Assembly: GCA_013265495.1 (NCBI GenBank)
Contig: MU058714.1
Span: 992,001-1,056,000, forward strand
Direction of reading: 5' to 3'
DNA from: Vicugna vicugna
Lineage: Eukaryota
DNA length: 64,000 bases
In this document: positions 1 to 12,815 of the stretch, one piece after another
Numbering within the stretch: position 1 is the first letter of the stretch
Layout: every line of letters starts with the position of its first letter
Notes under the pieces: generated by a model
Told to the model about the DNA's origin: nothing
Databases searched by the model: none
Seen by the model: the letters and a program-made list of their open reading frames with translations, nothing else
Translations under genes and position numbers: made by a program

Positions 1-429
1 CGCCCTGCGTGTCCGCACCGGTCGGGTGCAGCCGGGGGAGCCGGGGCACTGGGCCCGGCGTTGGAGACCGGGCTCCCGTCCCCGTCACTCGGGCTCCTGT
101 GACACAGCGCCGTGGACGGAGCAGCTCCCAGACAACTCAGGTTTGTTTCTCACAGTGTGGTGGCTGGAAGGCAGCTCCCTCGGGTGAGGGCCTCTTCCTG
201 GCCGGCCCTGGGCCTGCTCGCCGCGCCCCACGTGCTGGGCGGGCTCGGGGGCTCCGCGCTGCGTTTCTGAGGGTACCGGCCCCAGTCGGGAGGGTTCGCC
301 CTTGCCTCCCACAGGCCCCACCTCCTCACGCCATCACCTTTGGCGTTCAGGATTTCAGCAGGTGGATTTGGGGGATACAGCCATTCAGGCCATAGCACTG
401 CCTCAGGAAACCAGAAGGGGAGGAAGCTA

Positions 430-1350
430 GTGCCCATGAGGGCGGAAGTCACTGGAACTGAAAACGAAGAAGTAGAGAATAACCCACGAGACAGAAACGA
501 TTCTCAGAAACTAACACGGATGGAACTCTGGCAAGACCGACAAGGACAGAGAAGACTCGGGACCCTGCAGCCGTGGGAGGAGTAACGAGGGAGCACCCTG
601 GACAGCTTTACGTTCGTGCCTTCGATGGCGCTGAAGAAGCGGGCCAGCTCCTCCAAAACCGCAAACCACCCAGTCTCCCCGGGACGGAACAGACAGCGTG
701 AGTAATCACGAAGTGGGGTTTGCAATTTTAAAAGTTCCTGAGGAGGAAGTCTCCAGGCCCAGATGGCTTCACTAGAGGGTTCTGCCAACGTCTAGAGAGT
801 TAACCGACCTCACAGTCTCCTCCAGAAAACGGAGAGGCAGGGAAAGACCTCCCAGGCGTGTTGTTACGACTGTGAAGCCAAGGTGGATGCACGTTACAAA
901 AGGGGGACGAAGCTCCTGCAGACCGTCTCTCCCACAGACGTGCTCGCGAGGTAACTGCAGATCCGCTCTAGCATTCCCTAAAAAGAATTACACTCCCCGA
1001 CTGCGTGGGCTCTGTGCCAGGCATGCAAATCTGGTGTAATATTCAAAAAATCAATTAATGTAATCTGTCACACCAACAGACTAACGAAGAAGGATCCGCT
1101 CGCATCGACTGGCACACGGAAAAGCTTCTGACAAAATCCGACATCCTCCCTTGATTAAAAAAAAATCTCTTAGCAAACTAGGGTAGAGGGGAGCGCCTTC
1201 AGCCTGATAGCGTCTATAAAAGCCTCGTCCTCGGCGGTGAAAGACAGTGTCCCCCCAGGGTGGGCGCAACGCAGGGCGGGCCACTCTGACGTCCCCACCC
1301 ACGTGGGAGCTGGAGTTCCAGCCGGCACGGTCGGGCCGGGAAGGGGCGGC
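430..1350 (+). mobile_element. Old degenerate L1 ORF2 (reverse-transcriptase region) remnant
   Basis: tctccaggcccagatggcttcactaga (SPGPDGFT) near 750-775; 1024-1185 reads like MQ.W.NIQKSINVI.H.NRL...EKASDKI..P.LIK..LSKLG, matching the remembered L1 RT motif. Boundaries approximate. Confidence 0.75.
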
Positions 1351-4300
1351 GTTTGTCCCTCAGGAGTCAGAGAGCAGAGCCACGGTGAGGCGCACCTCAC
1401 GCCCCGGGTGAGCAGAGTGGAAAGGGATCGCTGCGAGCCAGGCCAGGACACCGCTGGCAGGGACGCAAGACGTTGCAGCCGCTTCGGAAGGTGGTCTGAC
1501 AGGTCCTCAGATGCTCCACTTGGAGCTGCAGGCGACCCAGCGGCGACTGCACCCTGAGGTTTCTACCCAAGAGAACCGGAGACGTGTCCGCGCGGTTCAC
1601 GGGCGTCTCAGTGTCAAGCTCCCAGGGGTTTTGAGTGCCCCCTCGTCTTCAGTTGCTGAGTATCTGAGAGTAACTGGGGAGAAGAACTTGGCTGCAGTTT
1701 CTAGTCAAGCGTCTTCACTGAGTTATAGGAAGATTCCAGAGCATTCTAGAAACTGTTTGATGGTGACCAGTGCAATGACTTTAAGACAGTGGACGGCCGC
1801 TCGGGTGAACTCCCAGGACTGCCGTGACGCACTGACCCCCGAAGGCGCTCGCTCGCCAGCTGCCCTTGGAAGGGCGCAACCTGGGGACTCCCCACTGTCC
1901 CGACACGCCTAACCTGGCAGGGTGGCTTCTGCTCTCGGCCTCGACGTCACAGTTCCCAGCAGTAGGGACCCTTACTTCTAAATTGCTGTTTAATATTCGA
2001 CGTATAGAGGCTGATAAAGATTATGTGTTTAACAACTACTGCTTGCACATCGTGTCTGCCATTTGAGTGCAGTACCTGTTATGTGATAGTAGCCGTGAAC
2101 ATCTGTGACGTGAGCTGGGCCGGCACGTCTGATTCCTCGGCGGGCCCCAGGCTCTCCCTGAGCTTCGCACAGATGTCCACTGTAAGTGGGTGTTAATGAA
2201 CTGAGAATAAAAATTGCTTTAAGCTGGAACTGGAATTATTACCAAGTAGATGCTATTTTCAGGGAGTCGCTTGTTAGGGCCTCTGAGATGGCCTGTGCCT
2301 TCATCTCTGTGCAGATGTCTCTTCATCTGAGTGGAGAAGAGCAGCAGCCAGACGTCCCAAGTTTTATTTAGAAAATGAGAAACGCCAGTGCCCCTCCATC
2401 ATCCCGCACCCCGCGCGTCTGGAGCGGGCGCTTCCAGGCCTCGTGCAAGCTGCTGGCCTGTCTCCTGGGAGCCCCGGAGCCCGAGCCCCACGTCGTCCAC
2501 GCGTGTGGAAGATGGAGCAGCTGTCTCTCTTGGATCTGGTTGCCCTGGATCGCATCTGAAGATTTTTCTGGACCCTTCCCAAACCCTCCAGAAGGCTCTA
2601 GCAAGCTTTTCAAGATGGACGGTTCCCCGGTGTTTGCGTCTCTCAGTTCCCAGGAGGAGCCCCTTGGGTGACAGCGTGTCTCAGCGTGCCCTTCCGGCTC
2701 TGTGGTGGCTCCCCGCTGGGCTGGCTCACTGCTCTGCCGGCCACCTTTGAGGAGTTCGCCTTACACGCGGGCTGTTTGCAAAGACTGATTTCAATGAAAA
2801 GATTGGTCTCTTTAAATACAAAACTGAAACAATGTGTGGGAAATTAAAAATTTAAATTTAAAAATTTTATAACTGGGTTAGCAGCTTGAAAAATGAAATG
2901 TTGGTGGAATCCTCTGCCTTGAATGTCACTTAAAAAAAAAAAGATACTGATTCTAATTACCTCCCGGGAAGACCCTCACATGCCTTCTTTGTGCGGGGAG
3001 GTGACGACAGGCCCTCGGGAGTCGGCGGGGCTGCGCCATGTGCTGCGGTTGGACTGCCCGCAGCCGCACTTAATGCCCGTCTGTGGGCCGCCTCGCTGCA
3101 GGGCTTGCTGGAGACACTGGTGTTTGTTGGGAAGTTCAGTTTCTTGGGGACTTACTCGGGATGGAGACGTCCCTACAGCTCCCTGTCTCCTCTGCCTCCT
3201 GGGCCCTGTGCCCTCAAGGCTCTGGGCCAGGTGCGGTTGGGCTGCGGGCTGTAGCCGAGATAGCACCGCACGGCGCCGTCAGGGCCTCCCCCCACCCCGG
3301 TACCCACGTGGCTGCCTGTGCGTGGCCACCCTCCCCACGCCGCCTCCCCTAGGCAGAAGGGTGGCCTTGGTATGGCAAATGCTTCACTCCTGAGAACCTC
3401 AGGCCTCGGAAGGCCAGGAAGAGGCGACAGGAAGATGGACAGGCCGCGCTGCTGGGGGGCTGCTGTTCTGTTCTCAGGAGCAGCTGTACTGTGGAAGCAA
3501 ATTATAAGCAGGAAAGGTGAAACTGGTGACCGACACCAGCATTTAAGAACATTGAATCTAGGTTTGTTTTTGGTTTTTTGTGGGGGTTTTTTGCATCTCA
3601 TTTTTATTTGACAGAAGAGGCTGCTCTTGCTGTTCATGAATCTGGGCTTTACACAGGTGACTGTTGCTTCTCATCTATGTTGCTTCCTTAACCATCACGT
3701 TGGTGCCTCTCGGCAGTGACGCACGCGAGAAGGTGTGTGTCCACTTCCGTCCCAGGACGCTTCCGTCCCTGGGCTCGCGGCGGGCCCTCTGTTCCCCCTA
3801 AGTTCCCCCGGCTCCCTGGGCCCGACCTCAGCCGCTGTCACCTTCCCTCCTCCCCCTGGAGAAGACACACCTGCACAAAGTGCGGAGCCAGAGCGCTTCC
3901 CGCGGCCTCCCCGGGCTCTGACACCTCTGCAGCGTCTGCATCTTCCCAGTGACTCAGGGCTGACGCGCCGCCACCTGTCACCCCCAGCGGGCCTGTCACC
4001 CCGACCTGAGACCAGTTTCCCGTGCGGAGCAGGCTGCTCCCTGGTGCTGCTTCAGCCTGTGCCGCTGGGGCCACGGAGAGGACCGAACAGGCCTCTGCGC
4101 CTCCCTCTCCCTCTGCTTTAAACCCACTCTGGCCGTGGTGGCTCCGTGCGAATGTCCTGAGTGCCGTGGATGAGGTGGTGAGTCTGCAGTATGTGTGTTC
4201 TACCACAGGAGGGAAACAAAGCCAAAAACCCATTCCTCTTAGAAATTGCTGTTTTCGTTAAAAAGTTAAAATGAAAAAGCTCTATTTACTATGACATGTT

Positions 4301-5134
4301 CTAGAATTTGAAGCGTGTTCTGTAGTAGGACAGGTAATTAGTAACAGCACAGCCTTTACCGCCTCGCGTTTGAGAGACCTCAGGTGTTACCAGCAGCAAC
4401 GCGACAGCAGTGGACGCGTGGTGACCAGTGTCAGCTCTGCGTGAGCCGTCGGGGCTCGCGTGTGTTTTAACGCACACGTGCGGGTGCCCGTCAGCGTCAC
4501 GGGGTCCAGGTGGGAGCACGAGCGAAAACCAGCCTCAGGTCAGGACCGCGGGCTCGGCGGTGATGGCAGCTCCCGCCGCCTCCTGGGGTCTGCCTCCTCC
4601 TCGTCAGAGGTCTCCAGCGGTGCTCCGCCGCCACCAGCTGGGGCGTGTCCCGGGGTGGGTGAGGGTCAGGTCCCCACTGTGCTCCTCTCTGCCTCTCTGC
4701 GGGCCATCGTGCGCTCTGCCCGCTACCTGTCACTGGCCAGGGCACCGTGAATTCTCGGACACCTCACTGTTTCTGAGAGTCGGAGCCTGGCCCGTGTGGA
4801 CTGCCCAGTGTGTGCAGGCATGTGGCGGGGAGGGACTCGTGCCCGCTAGCGCCGGGGGAGCGTGCTTGGCCGTAGCAGGGTCCTGGGATCAGAGTATCCA
4901 GCTCATATCAGACAGTCCTGCAGTTTTTTAAACTTTGAATACGTTTTATGTTTTTTTTTTAAGATGTACACTTTTTTTTTTAAGGTGTACATGTCAGGGG
5001 CCATGTTGGAGGCATCCAGCAGCATCCCCTCCGGAGAATGGGCCGGGGTGCCCTCCCTGGGCACCGCGTCCCCGGCCCCATCCGTGGCGCACAACAGCTG
5101 AGCCGCTCTCCTCCTCGCTGTCCCCCCGCCCCAG

Positions 5135-5310
5135 GTCGCTGCCATTAACCCGGGCCACCCACTCGCCCAGATGCCGCTGCCGCCGTCGATGAAGAACTGC
5201 ATCCAGCTGGCGGCCTGTGAGGCCAGCGAGCTCCTGCCCATGGTCCCCGACCTGCCGGCCGACCTGTTCACGTCCTGCCTCACTACCCCCATCAAGATCG
5301 CCCTGCGCTG
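5135..5310 (+). CDS. RPTOR: Raptor coding exon (human exon 6 equivalent, 176 nt): [58 protein letters not shown](W)
   Basis: Acceptor gccccag|GTC, donor CTG|gtaagt; peptide recognised as Raptor RNC domain; ends phase 2. Confidence 0.98.
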
Positions 5311-6724
5311 GTAAGTGGTGCCCCGCAGCTCGCTGTGTGGAATCACCCAGGTCTCCTAGACCAAGTTCAGGCATGTGCTCTCCCCCCGGGTCAGGATGTC
5401 TGTCCGCGGGTCCCCGCCTTGCGGTTCCCGGGAGCCCCTGGGCACCTTCGCTAACGGGGGCAGGGCCACAGGTGGTCAAGGTCAGTCATGCTGGGCAGTG
5501 GACTTCACTTTGAAAACAGAGACGGCCTCATTAGTCATTTAATTCCTTGCTTGAGTTTAGTAGAGTCTTTCAATGTATTCTCAGCAGTAAAAAAAAAAAT
5601 GATTATTTTACCATCGTCTCTTGAGAAGTGCAGAGCTCTTTCGGGTGTGACGGAGCAAACGTGCGGGAGGTTCTGGGCGGGAGACCCTGCGTCCCACCCG
5701 GCTCCACAGCCCCTTTTCTCCCCCAGGCCGTCTTGCCGCTCTTTTAACACCTACTTTTAAGTGTTTTGTTTTGCTGGAAATAGACGCAGCAGCTAGCACC
5801 CAGCAGGAAGGGAGGCAGCTCTCCCGAGAGGCACAGGGGTGTGGGTGGTGCAGCTGCGTGGGTTCCCTGGGGGCGCCTTCCTCGGCCTCCTGCCTGGGGT
5901 CCTGACGGCTCTGACACTCAGGCTCCCGGCACCCCCAGCAGCCCCAGGAAAGTGTGGGGACAGCGAGGACCGTGAGGGCAACGATGACGCCGAACTCAGC
6001 CCCTCGGGAGGCCCCCTGCGGTGACCGGAGCCTGGGTGGTGGGCCCTAGGTTGCCTTGACTGTGAAGGACCCCCGACGGGGGGGGGGAGAGGACCCGCCT
6101 TGCGTGGCAAAGCCCCGACCCATCCTTCCTCTCCTGGTGGCCGTGCCGCCCTTGAACACAGGTCTCTGCAGTCACTCCTTGTGGGTTTTTCTTGCTGACT
6201 GTACTCCGTGTGATCGCTGTCAGCAAAGGTTTACGGTGCCATGAGCGTGACCTCAGGAAAGTCTCCAGTCCAGATGACTCAGGAAGTCGCTCGTTTTATT
6301 CCTCGTCCAGGAGATAGCTCACTAAATGCCAGCTGTGTACTTAAAACCCACGCTGAGCACGGTCCTGGCCGCCGAGAAGCCTGTTGCCCTCAGCAGTGGA
6401 CGGTCTAGTTGAGATGAGATGAGATGGGCCTGAGGGTCCCCTCTTAGTGGCTGCCGAGTGCCAGGCCAGGGGATCGCGACGTTTCTTCTTTTTTCCTAAG
6501 CAGAGACGTTTTTGCAGTGATGTGATTAGACTGAATTTATAATTTCGTATACTTAGACCTTAGCATTATAATAAATTGATCCTTGACCATGGGAAGCTCT
6601 TATTAAATGTCATTTCTCGTGCTTGCATAGTATGTCACTGTGCTGATGCTCTGTGTCTCATGTAACCAAGTCCAGGGCTCTAGGGTTTGGAGTTTGGGTG
6701 TACAGAGGTAGGAAAGCTCAGGAT

Positions 6725-6901
6725 GGGGTCTGATCCACAGACTCTGAACGGCCAGGTGGCGCGCAGGTTAGACTTTGCGAGCCGGAGGGTCCCCGCTCTG
6801 TTGTCGTGTAAGCAAATGAGCGTGGCTGTGTTCCAGTGAAACTTTATTTACAGAAACAGGTGCTGGGCCAGATTTGGCCTGGAGACCGTAGTTTGCCAAC
6901 C
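6725..6901 (+). mobile_element. MER58A-like hAT-Charlie MITE
   Basis: gagcgtggctgtgttccagtgaaactttatttacagaaacagg...gggccagatttggcc...cgtagtttgccaaccc closely matches the remembered MER58A 3' half. Confidence 0.8.
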
Positions 6902-9126
6902 AACGGAACCAGGATTTTACCTGCAAACAGCTGCCACGGGTGCCTGCTGGTGGTCAGGAAGTGACCTGGACAAGAAGTGACCCAGACAAGGCTCTGCTCA
7001 GGAAAGCCCTGCGCAGCCAGGAACACGGTTTTAACAGCCCTGCAGTCGAATCAGGCTCGGCCCCCGAAGGGCGTTACGTGCCCCGTAAACATAATGAAGC
7101 CCCCTTCAGATGCACAGAACGTGTGCGTGTGCGTGGTGGCCCGTGTGCGTGGCGGCGCGTGTGCTGAGAGGTCTCACCTGGTGATGGAGTGGTGGTTAGA
7201 AGGCATCATTCTTGGTTTTTGTTTCATTTTTGCCTCGGTCTTTCTTACCTTCAGAAACCAATCATTCCTGTCATTCTGAAATGAGTAATTGCGTTACTTT
7301 CCATACAAGTGATTTCTTTGCTCACCGTGTACGTTGATGTAACGTTGGAATCCAAAATGTTCTCCCCCTGAGGCTGTTTCCTGCTTGCCTGACTGAGCGG
7401 CAGAGCGCCGTTTGGCTTTATTATGGATGTATTTGTGTGCGACTGAAAATGATCACCCAGAGGCACTTTACTAGCTGTGGGGCCGGCCGTACAGCAGACC
7501 GCTGCCGTCGGATGGGGCCGCACGCAGCCCTGCGTCTGCTGGTGGCTGTGGCACATGTCATTTTGGGCGGAACAGGGGTCAGGACACTTGTTTCCCTCTT
7601 TCAGTTACACTGAGGGGTTTCGAGGAGTTTAAGCGTTGAGGGCGGAGGATGAGCGCCGCTCTGCCTGCAGGAAGGCCTCGCCCTCGTGCCTGGCCAGCCC
7701 TGCCCTGACTGGGCCCCACGCCGCGCCCTGCTCCTTCTCACTGCAGACACTTGCTCCGCGTTGTGTGACACTTACAGCATGTGCTTTGTATGTTGTCTTG
7801 AAGGTGCAGCCAGGAATTAGTCAGTCACCACTGGAAACCTGACTGTTGCTGGTTTTTGAAGCTGGGTTTAACCATTTGTTCTCCGTAGTTTTCTCAAGTG
7901 CAGCTTCGTTCTAGAGAGAACTTTCTGCCTGCCCATCCAATCAGTGCCGTATGTTTTGTGATCTTCTTCTGCTTTATACAAAACTGAATGAAATGACTGC
8001 CTTACTTCTTATATTTGAAGGCAGGGAAGTTCAGGGACCCTCTCAGAACCATCTGGACGTGTTGAGGAACGGAATTGTCCTACCAGCTCACTTTGTAGTC
8101 GCGTCTCACTTTGCGTCTTAGACCTCAGTGGTAGTAGATTTAACTTGCATTTATTTAAAGGGATTTCTTGCCTGGCAGCCCTCACAGTGCAGCCGTCACC
8201 GTAACCTGGTCCCACTGCTCAAACCCCGGCACGGCTCTGGGGTTGTTTCCGAAGTCCTTTGCGTGGTGTGGTCTGTCGTGTGCCCACTCGGAGGAAAAGG
8301 TTTTTTCTCCCCAAACCAGGCGACGTGCTCTCACCACTCCCGTCCGGCACACACTCGTTCGGGGCGAATATCCCAGTGCGCTGTGACAGCGCCTTTAATA
8401 GCAGCTGATGGACGTGCGGGAACCTGGTTTGTGCTGTTAAGGAAGGAACTGAAACAGACAGAGGGCCGGGGCGCCGACTCCCTCCCGAGCCCAGTCCTCA
8501 GGCTGCTGGTCCACTCCGGAGTTGGACCGCATGGGGCCCTGGGTGCCGAGAGCCCTGGGCCCGGGAGGACCGGAGGGTGCCAGCTGCTCAGTTCGTCGGG
8601 GGCTCAGAAAGAAAGAAGGGAGGCGGGGATGGGGGAAGGACAGCACCACCCCTCCTCCGTGGAGTGAGCTGCTCCCGACCAGGAGCAGAGTGCGGCCGAC
8701 AGACGCCCCCGGCGCGCCGGGCAGAGTCCTGGCGGGGGAGGCGCAGTCAGAGGGAGGCTGGGGACACAGGGACCACGACAAGTATAACTGAGGAAGCTGG
8801 CAGTTCAGGGGTGGACTGAAAGGCAGCTTTCTGGGTGTGACCAGAGGGGAAATCAGGGCTGGAGAGCTGGGTTGCAGAGTTCCCACCAAAGAGGTAAAGA
8901 TGGAAAGAAGGAGAGGCCAGGAAGGTAGAGTTGAAGTTCAGGTTGCCACGACATGGGTCGCGAAAAGGAGTGAGGACACAGGCTCCGGTGTGCTAGAGAC
9001 ACCCAACCAAAGGGCGCACCGCGTGCGCCGTGCCCACGCAAGGGCAGACAGCCGCTTCTCTCCAAAAGAAGGTAGAGACAGAGAAAAAGTAAAGCGTGGT
9101 CAGTGGAAAGTGGGAAATGAGGCGGC

Positions 9127-10079
9127 TGAAATGGGTTTTTTTTTTAACATTTTTTATTGATTCATAATCATTTTACAGTGTTGTGTCAAATTCCAGTGTT
9201 CAGCACAATTTTTCAGTCATTCATGGACATATACACACTCATTGTCACATTTTTTTCTCTGTGATTTATCATAACATTTTGTGTATATTTCCCTGTGCTA
9301 TACAGTGTAATCTTGTTTATCTATTCTACAATTTTGAAATCCCAGTCTATCCCTTCCCACCCTCTGCCCCCCTGGTAACCACAAGTCTGTATTCTCTGTC
9401 CATGAGTCTATTTCTGTCCTGTATTTATGCTTTGTTTTTGTTTGTTTGTTTTTGTTTTTGTTTTTTAGATTCCACATGTGAGTGATTTCATATGGTATTT
9501 TTCTTTCTTTCTGGCTTACTTCACTTAGAATGNNNNNNNNNNNNNNNNNNNNNNNNNNNNNNNNNNNNNNNNNNNNNNNNNNNNNNNNNNNNNNNNNNNN
9601 NNNNNNNNNNNNNNNNNNNNNNNNNNNNNNNNNNNNNNNNNNNNNNNNNNNNNNNNNNNNNNNNNNNNNNNNNNNNNNNNNNNNNNNNNNNNNNNNNNNN
9701 NNNNNNNNNNNNNNNNNNNNNTCCTGAAGTAGATTTCCTTCTGGATACAAGCCCAGGAGTGGGATTCCTGGGTCATATGGTAAGNNNNNNNNNNNNNNNN
9801 NNNNNNNNNNNNNNNNNNNNNNNNNNNNNNNNNNNNNNNNNNNNNNNNNNNNNNNNNNNNNNNNNNNNNNNNNNNNNNNNNNNNNNNNNNNNNNNNNNNN
9901 NNNNNNNNNNNNNNNNNNNATGACGGCCATTCTGACTGGTGTGAGGTGATACCTCATTGTAGTTTTGATTTGCATTTCTCTGATAATTAGTGATATTGAA
10001 CATTTTTTCATGTGCTTTTTGATCATTTGTGTGTCTTCCTTGGAGAATTGCTTGTTTAGGTCTTCTTGAAATGGGTTTT
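9127..10079 (-). mobile_element. Young 5'-truncated L1 (ORF2 C-terminus + 3'UTR + polyA) with 13-bp target-site duplication
   Basis: Minus-strand peptide [42 protein letters not shown]...LPYDPGIPLLGLYP...ILSEVSQKE; T-tract at the 3' end; identical TGAAATGGGTTTT at 9127-9139 and 10067-10079. Confidence 0.93.
9533..9919. other. Two undetermined-base runs (9533-9721, 189 N; 9785-9919, 135 N) inside the young L1
   Basis: Directly visible; both lengths are multiples of 3 and preserve the ORF2 frame. Confidence 0.95.
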
Positions 10080-12778
10080 GAAAGGAAAGTGGTATCTCAG
10101 TGTAAGCGAGTTGAATTCGCCTCCTAAAAGATGGGGTAGAAGTTGTCATGGTACACAGCGTGTGTCACAGGACGCGTGCTCACAGCCAAGTATCTGAGAG
10201 GCTGAGACTCAGAGGAGGGACGAGGAGAGCTGTGAGCCTTCCAGAAGAAGGCTGCAGTGATGACTTCCATACGTCAGAGAAGAATCTGAGACAAAAGCAC
10301 TGGATGGACACCCTCACTGGGCTGACTGGGCGGCCGTGCCGGACCAGGCGCAACAGCTCCACCATTGCACGTGGGTGTTGCAGTGACCTGGCCTTCCTCG
10401 TATGGATTTAAGCTGCTTCCTATAAAAGCACCAAGATTTTCCGCAAAAATGAGGTGCCTGGTGTCCTGTTTGAGGCGCCCGTCTGGGTGCACGGGCACTC
10501 GGTGTCCTGTGAGGAGCGGGCGTGCCCACGCTGTGGTGGCGCAGGGACAGGGGCTGGGGGCCAGCGTCTGTGTTTCTCCTTCTTCAGTGCTCGTGCACAC
10601 GTGCTGATGATGGGGGATGAAATCCTGATGCAGCCAGGGCTTTCCTGTGTGAGCAGAGGCATTTGGGGTTCTCTGGGCTCAGGCTGCGCCCGCCCTGCAC
10701 TGGGGTTGCCCTGCCTCCGGAGGCCTGAGGGCCAGCTTGGAGAGAGTCTCCGTGGAGGCCAGCGTCTCCAGCCGCTGACCTGAAACCGTAACCGTAGACC
10801 AGGGTGGACAGCAGGGGAGCCATAATTCCCAGCCCTACCTGGTTAGGAGCCCATGGACAGATTGTGCCTCCGGCACGTTAAGGAGCACAGCTCGCGTTTA
10901 CACGGTAATTGGAAAGCCGGCCTGCATTCGCTCGCTTGCTGCCAGGGTGCCGGGCAGCCGCTCAGCTCTCAGCAGGGCTCGTCCTCGCCCCTCACCCCCT
11001 CCCGGAGCAGCTCTGCTGGTGCTTCCACGGCTGAGGGATCACAGAGAAGCCGATGGCCTGCCTGGGCTTCCTTCCCTCCAGCTGCCCTGATGTGGCCGTG
11101 GCCGCTGGCTTGGTGCCCCTGGCTTGGCTCCACCACAGCCCTTGGACCGGCGGTGTCACCACCGTGTCCGCCTGCTTCTGAGTTGGGGGCAGCGACTCAC
11201 GGTTCACAAGGCACTGAAATACCTGGTACTTATCAGGCACTTAATTGAGAAGGGGCCCGCCCACCAGGAATCAGAATCATGGTGCTTTATTTTCCTTAAG
11301 TGTGACCAGAGACATGGGCGCAGGAGCACGTAGGTGCTGGGGCACGGCCCGTCCAGCCTTAACTGTGAGACGGGACACCGGGGTGCCTGGCGTCCGGAGG
11401 AAGACAGCACGTAGACACGCTGTGGGTGGCCAGCACAAAGCTGAACGCAGCCTCTGCTGATGAGAGCGGTCGGATCAGAACTGGGCCCGGGAGTGCAGAG
11501 CCCTCATCTGCTGGTGTTTGGGCTTCTCTGTGTCTCTGCTGCCTGTTAGACAGGCGTGCCCGTGGGCTCCCGGCGGTGGTCCCGGAGGGCGGCTGCGCCC
11601 AGCCCCACCCTCGCTCAGCCAGGGCGTCTCTGCTCTTCTAGGGTGTCCGTCTTTCCTTCCTCTGCTCTGAGTTGTCGCGAGGCCTTTGCCCCATGGGAGT
11701 GCCTGGCACTCGGGTCCGCGGACAGCTCGCGCACGGCCTCGTAGCTGGCTGGTGGGTGCAGAGCGTCTGCACCTCGGCCTTCCGCCCCTGTGAAGTGGGA
11801 CTCGCGGTGGCAAACGGATGCGCTGTCCGGCCCGGAAGGTGCTTAATAAACCACCTTGTCCTGACCTTGTTCTTCCCGGAGTCCCTGGGAGACACCGCGG
11901 GGCAGGCTGAGCTGGGGGGAACAGGGAGGTGGAGGGGTCACGTCCACGTCTTCCCTCCAGTCCCACGAGCTCTCTCGGGCCCAGCTCGCAGCTTCCGCCC
12001 TAAACCCCAGGCTCTTGTCCGCGTTGGCTCCTCTCCCCAGGACTCACTTAGGAGATAAACCTGGGAAGTGAGTCAGAGAATTCCAGTTTTTTCACAGGAA
12101 GAGCTCCCGGGTTTAAAGCACAGGGGGCTTCTCACAGGCGGCTCCTTCCTACGGCTGTTTTTAGGAGCGGGGCCTGTGTGCGCGGTCGCGGTGGCGGGGC
12201 GCCCGGCGGTTCTCTGCGTGGTTGGGGCGCAGCCTCGTGCGGGGAGTCTGTGATGGAGTCTGCGCTGACCCCGCGTGCACAGCTTGGTGGCTGCACTCTG
12301 ACCTGGCTGCCGCCCTCAGGTCTCCTTGAGGGGGAGGGGGCAGTCCATGGTTCTGGAGGGTGGGAGGGAGGGAGGGCCGTCCGCGTTGTTCCCGTAAAGT
12401 GCGTGAAGCGTCTGGGACGCCAGCGGGGTTGGTCGTATCGTCCCTCTTGGTCTCCAGTCCTGCGTGAAACCCCTTGCAGCCTGTCTCTTCTCTCACTTGC
12501 GTCTGGAGAGGAACCAGGGCTTGGCTGGGGCCGCCGGACGTGCCGGGACTTCAGAGCCGTGCAGTGACATCAGCTCCCCGTGACGGGGACTGACTGATTC
12601 TAAAATGATCCTCGCGGGTCGGCCGTGTGTCGCGCGCACTGCTGCTCCCAGCACGTTGCGGGCTGTGTGTTCAAACAGGGTCAGCCCCTGTGAGGCTGGC
12701 CCTCGGGTGGCACTTGGCTCGGAATCTGGTCGCCACACCCTGGGGAGGCTCCTGATTCACGGGGGTGGCCCTCTCTTC

Positions 12779-12815
12779 GCCTGCATCGCCTGCATTGCCT
12801 GCATCGCCTGCATTG
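12779..12815. repeat. Short tandem repeat (GCCTGCATY)x4
   Basis: gcctgcatc gcctgcatt gcctgcatc gcctgcatt g. Confidence 0.9.

Noticed and set aside
1511-1912. 133-aa ORF with more balanced composition, possible transposase or exon remnant
   Set aside because: No recognisable motif or flanking splice sites; BLASTX or Dfam would be needed to revive it.
9298-10149. 283-aa ORF as a host gene or active retroelement
   Set aside because: It is only the C-terminal part of a 5'-truncated L1 ORF2, with no promoter, ORF1, EN or RT.
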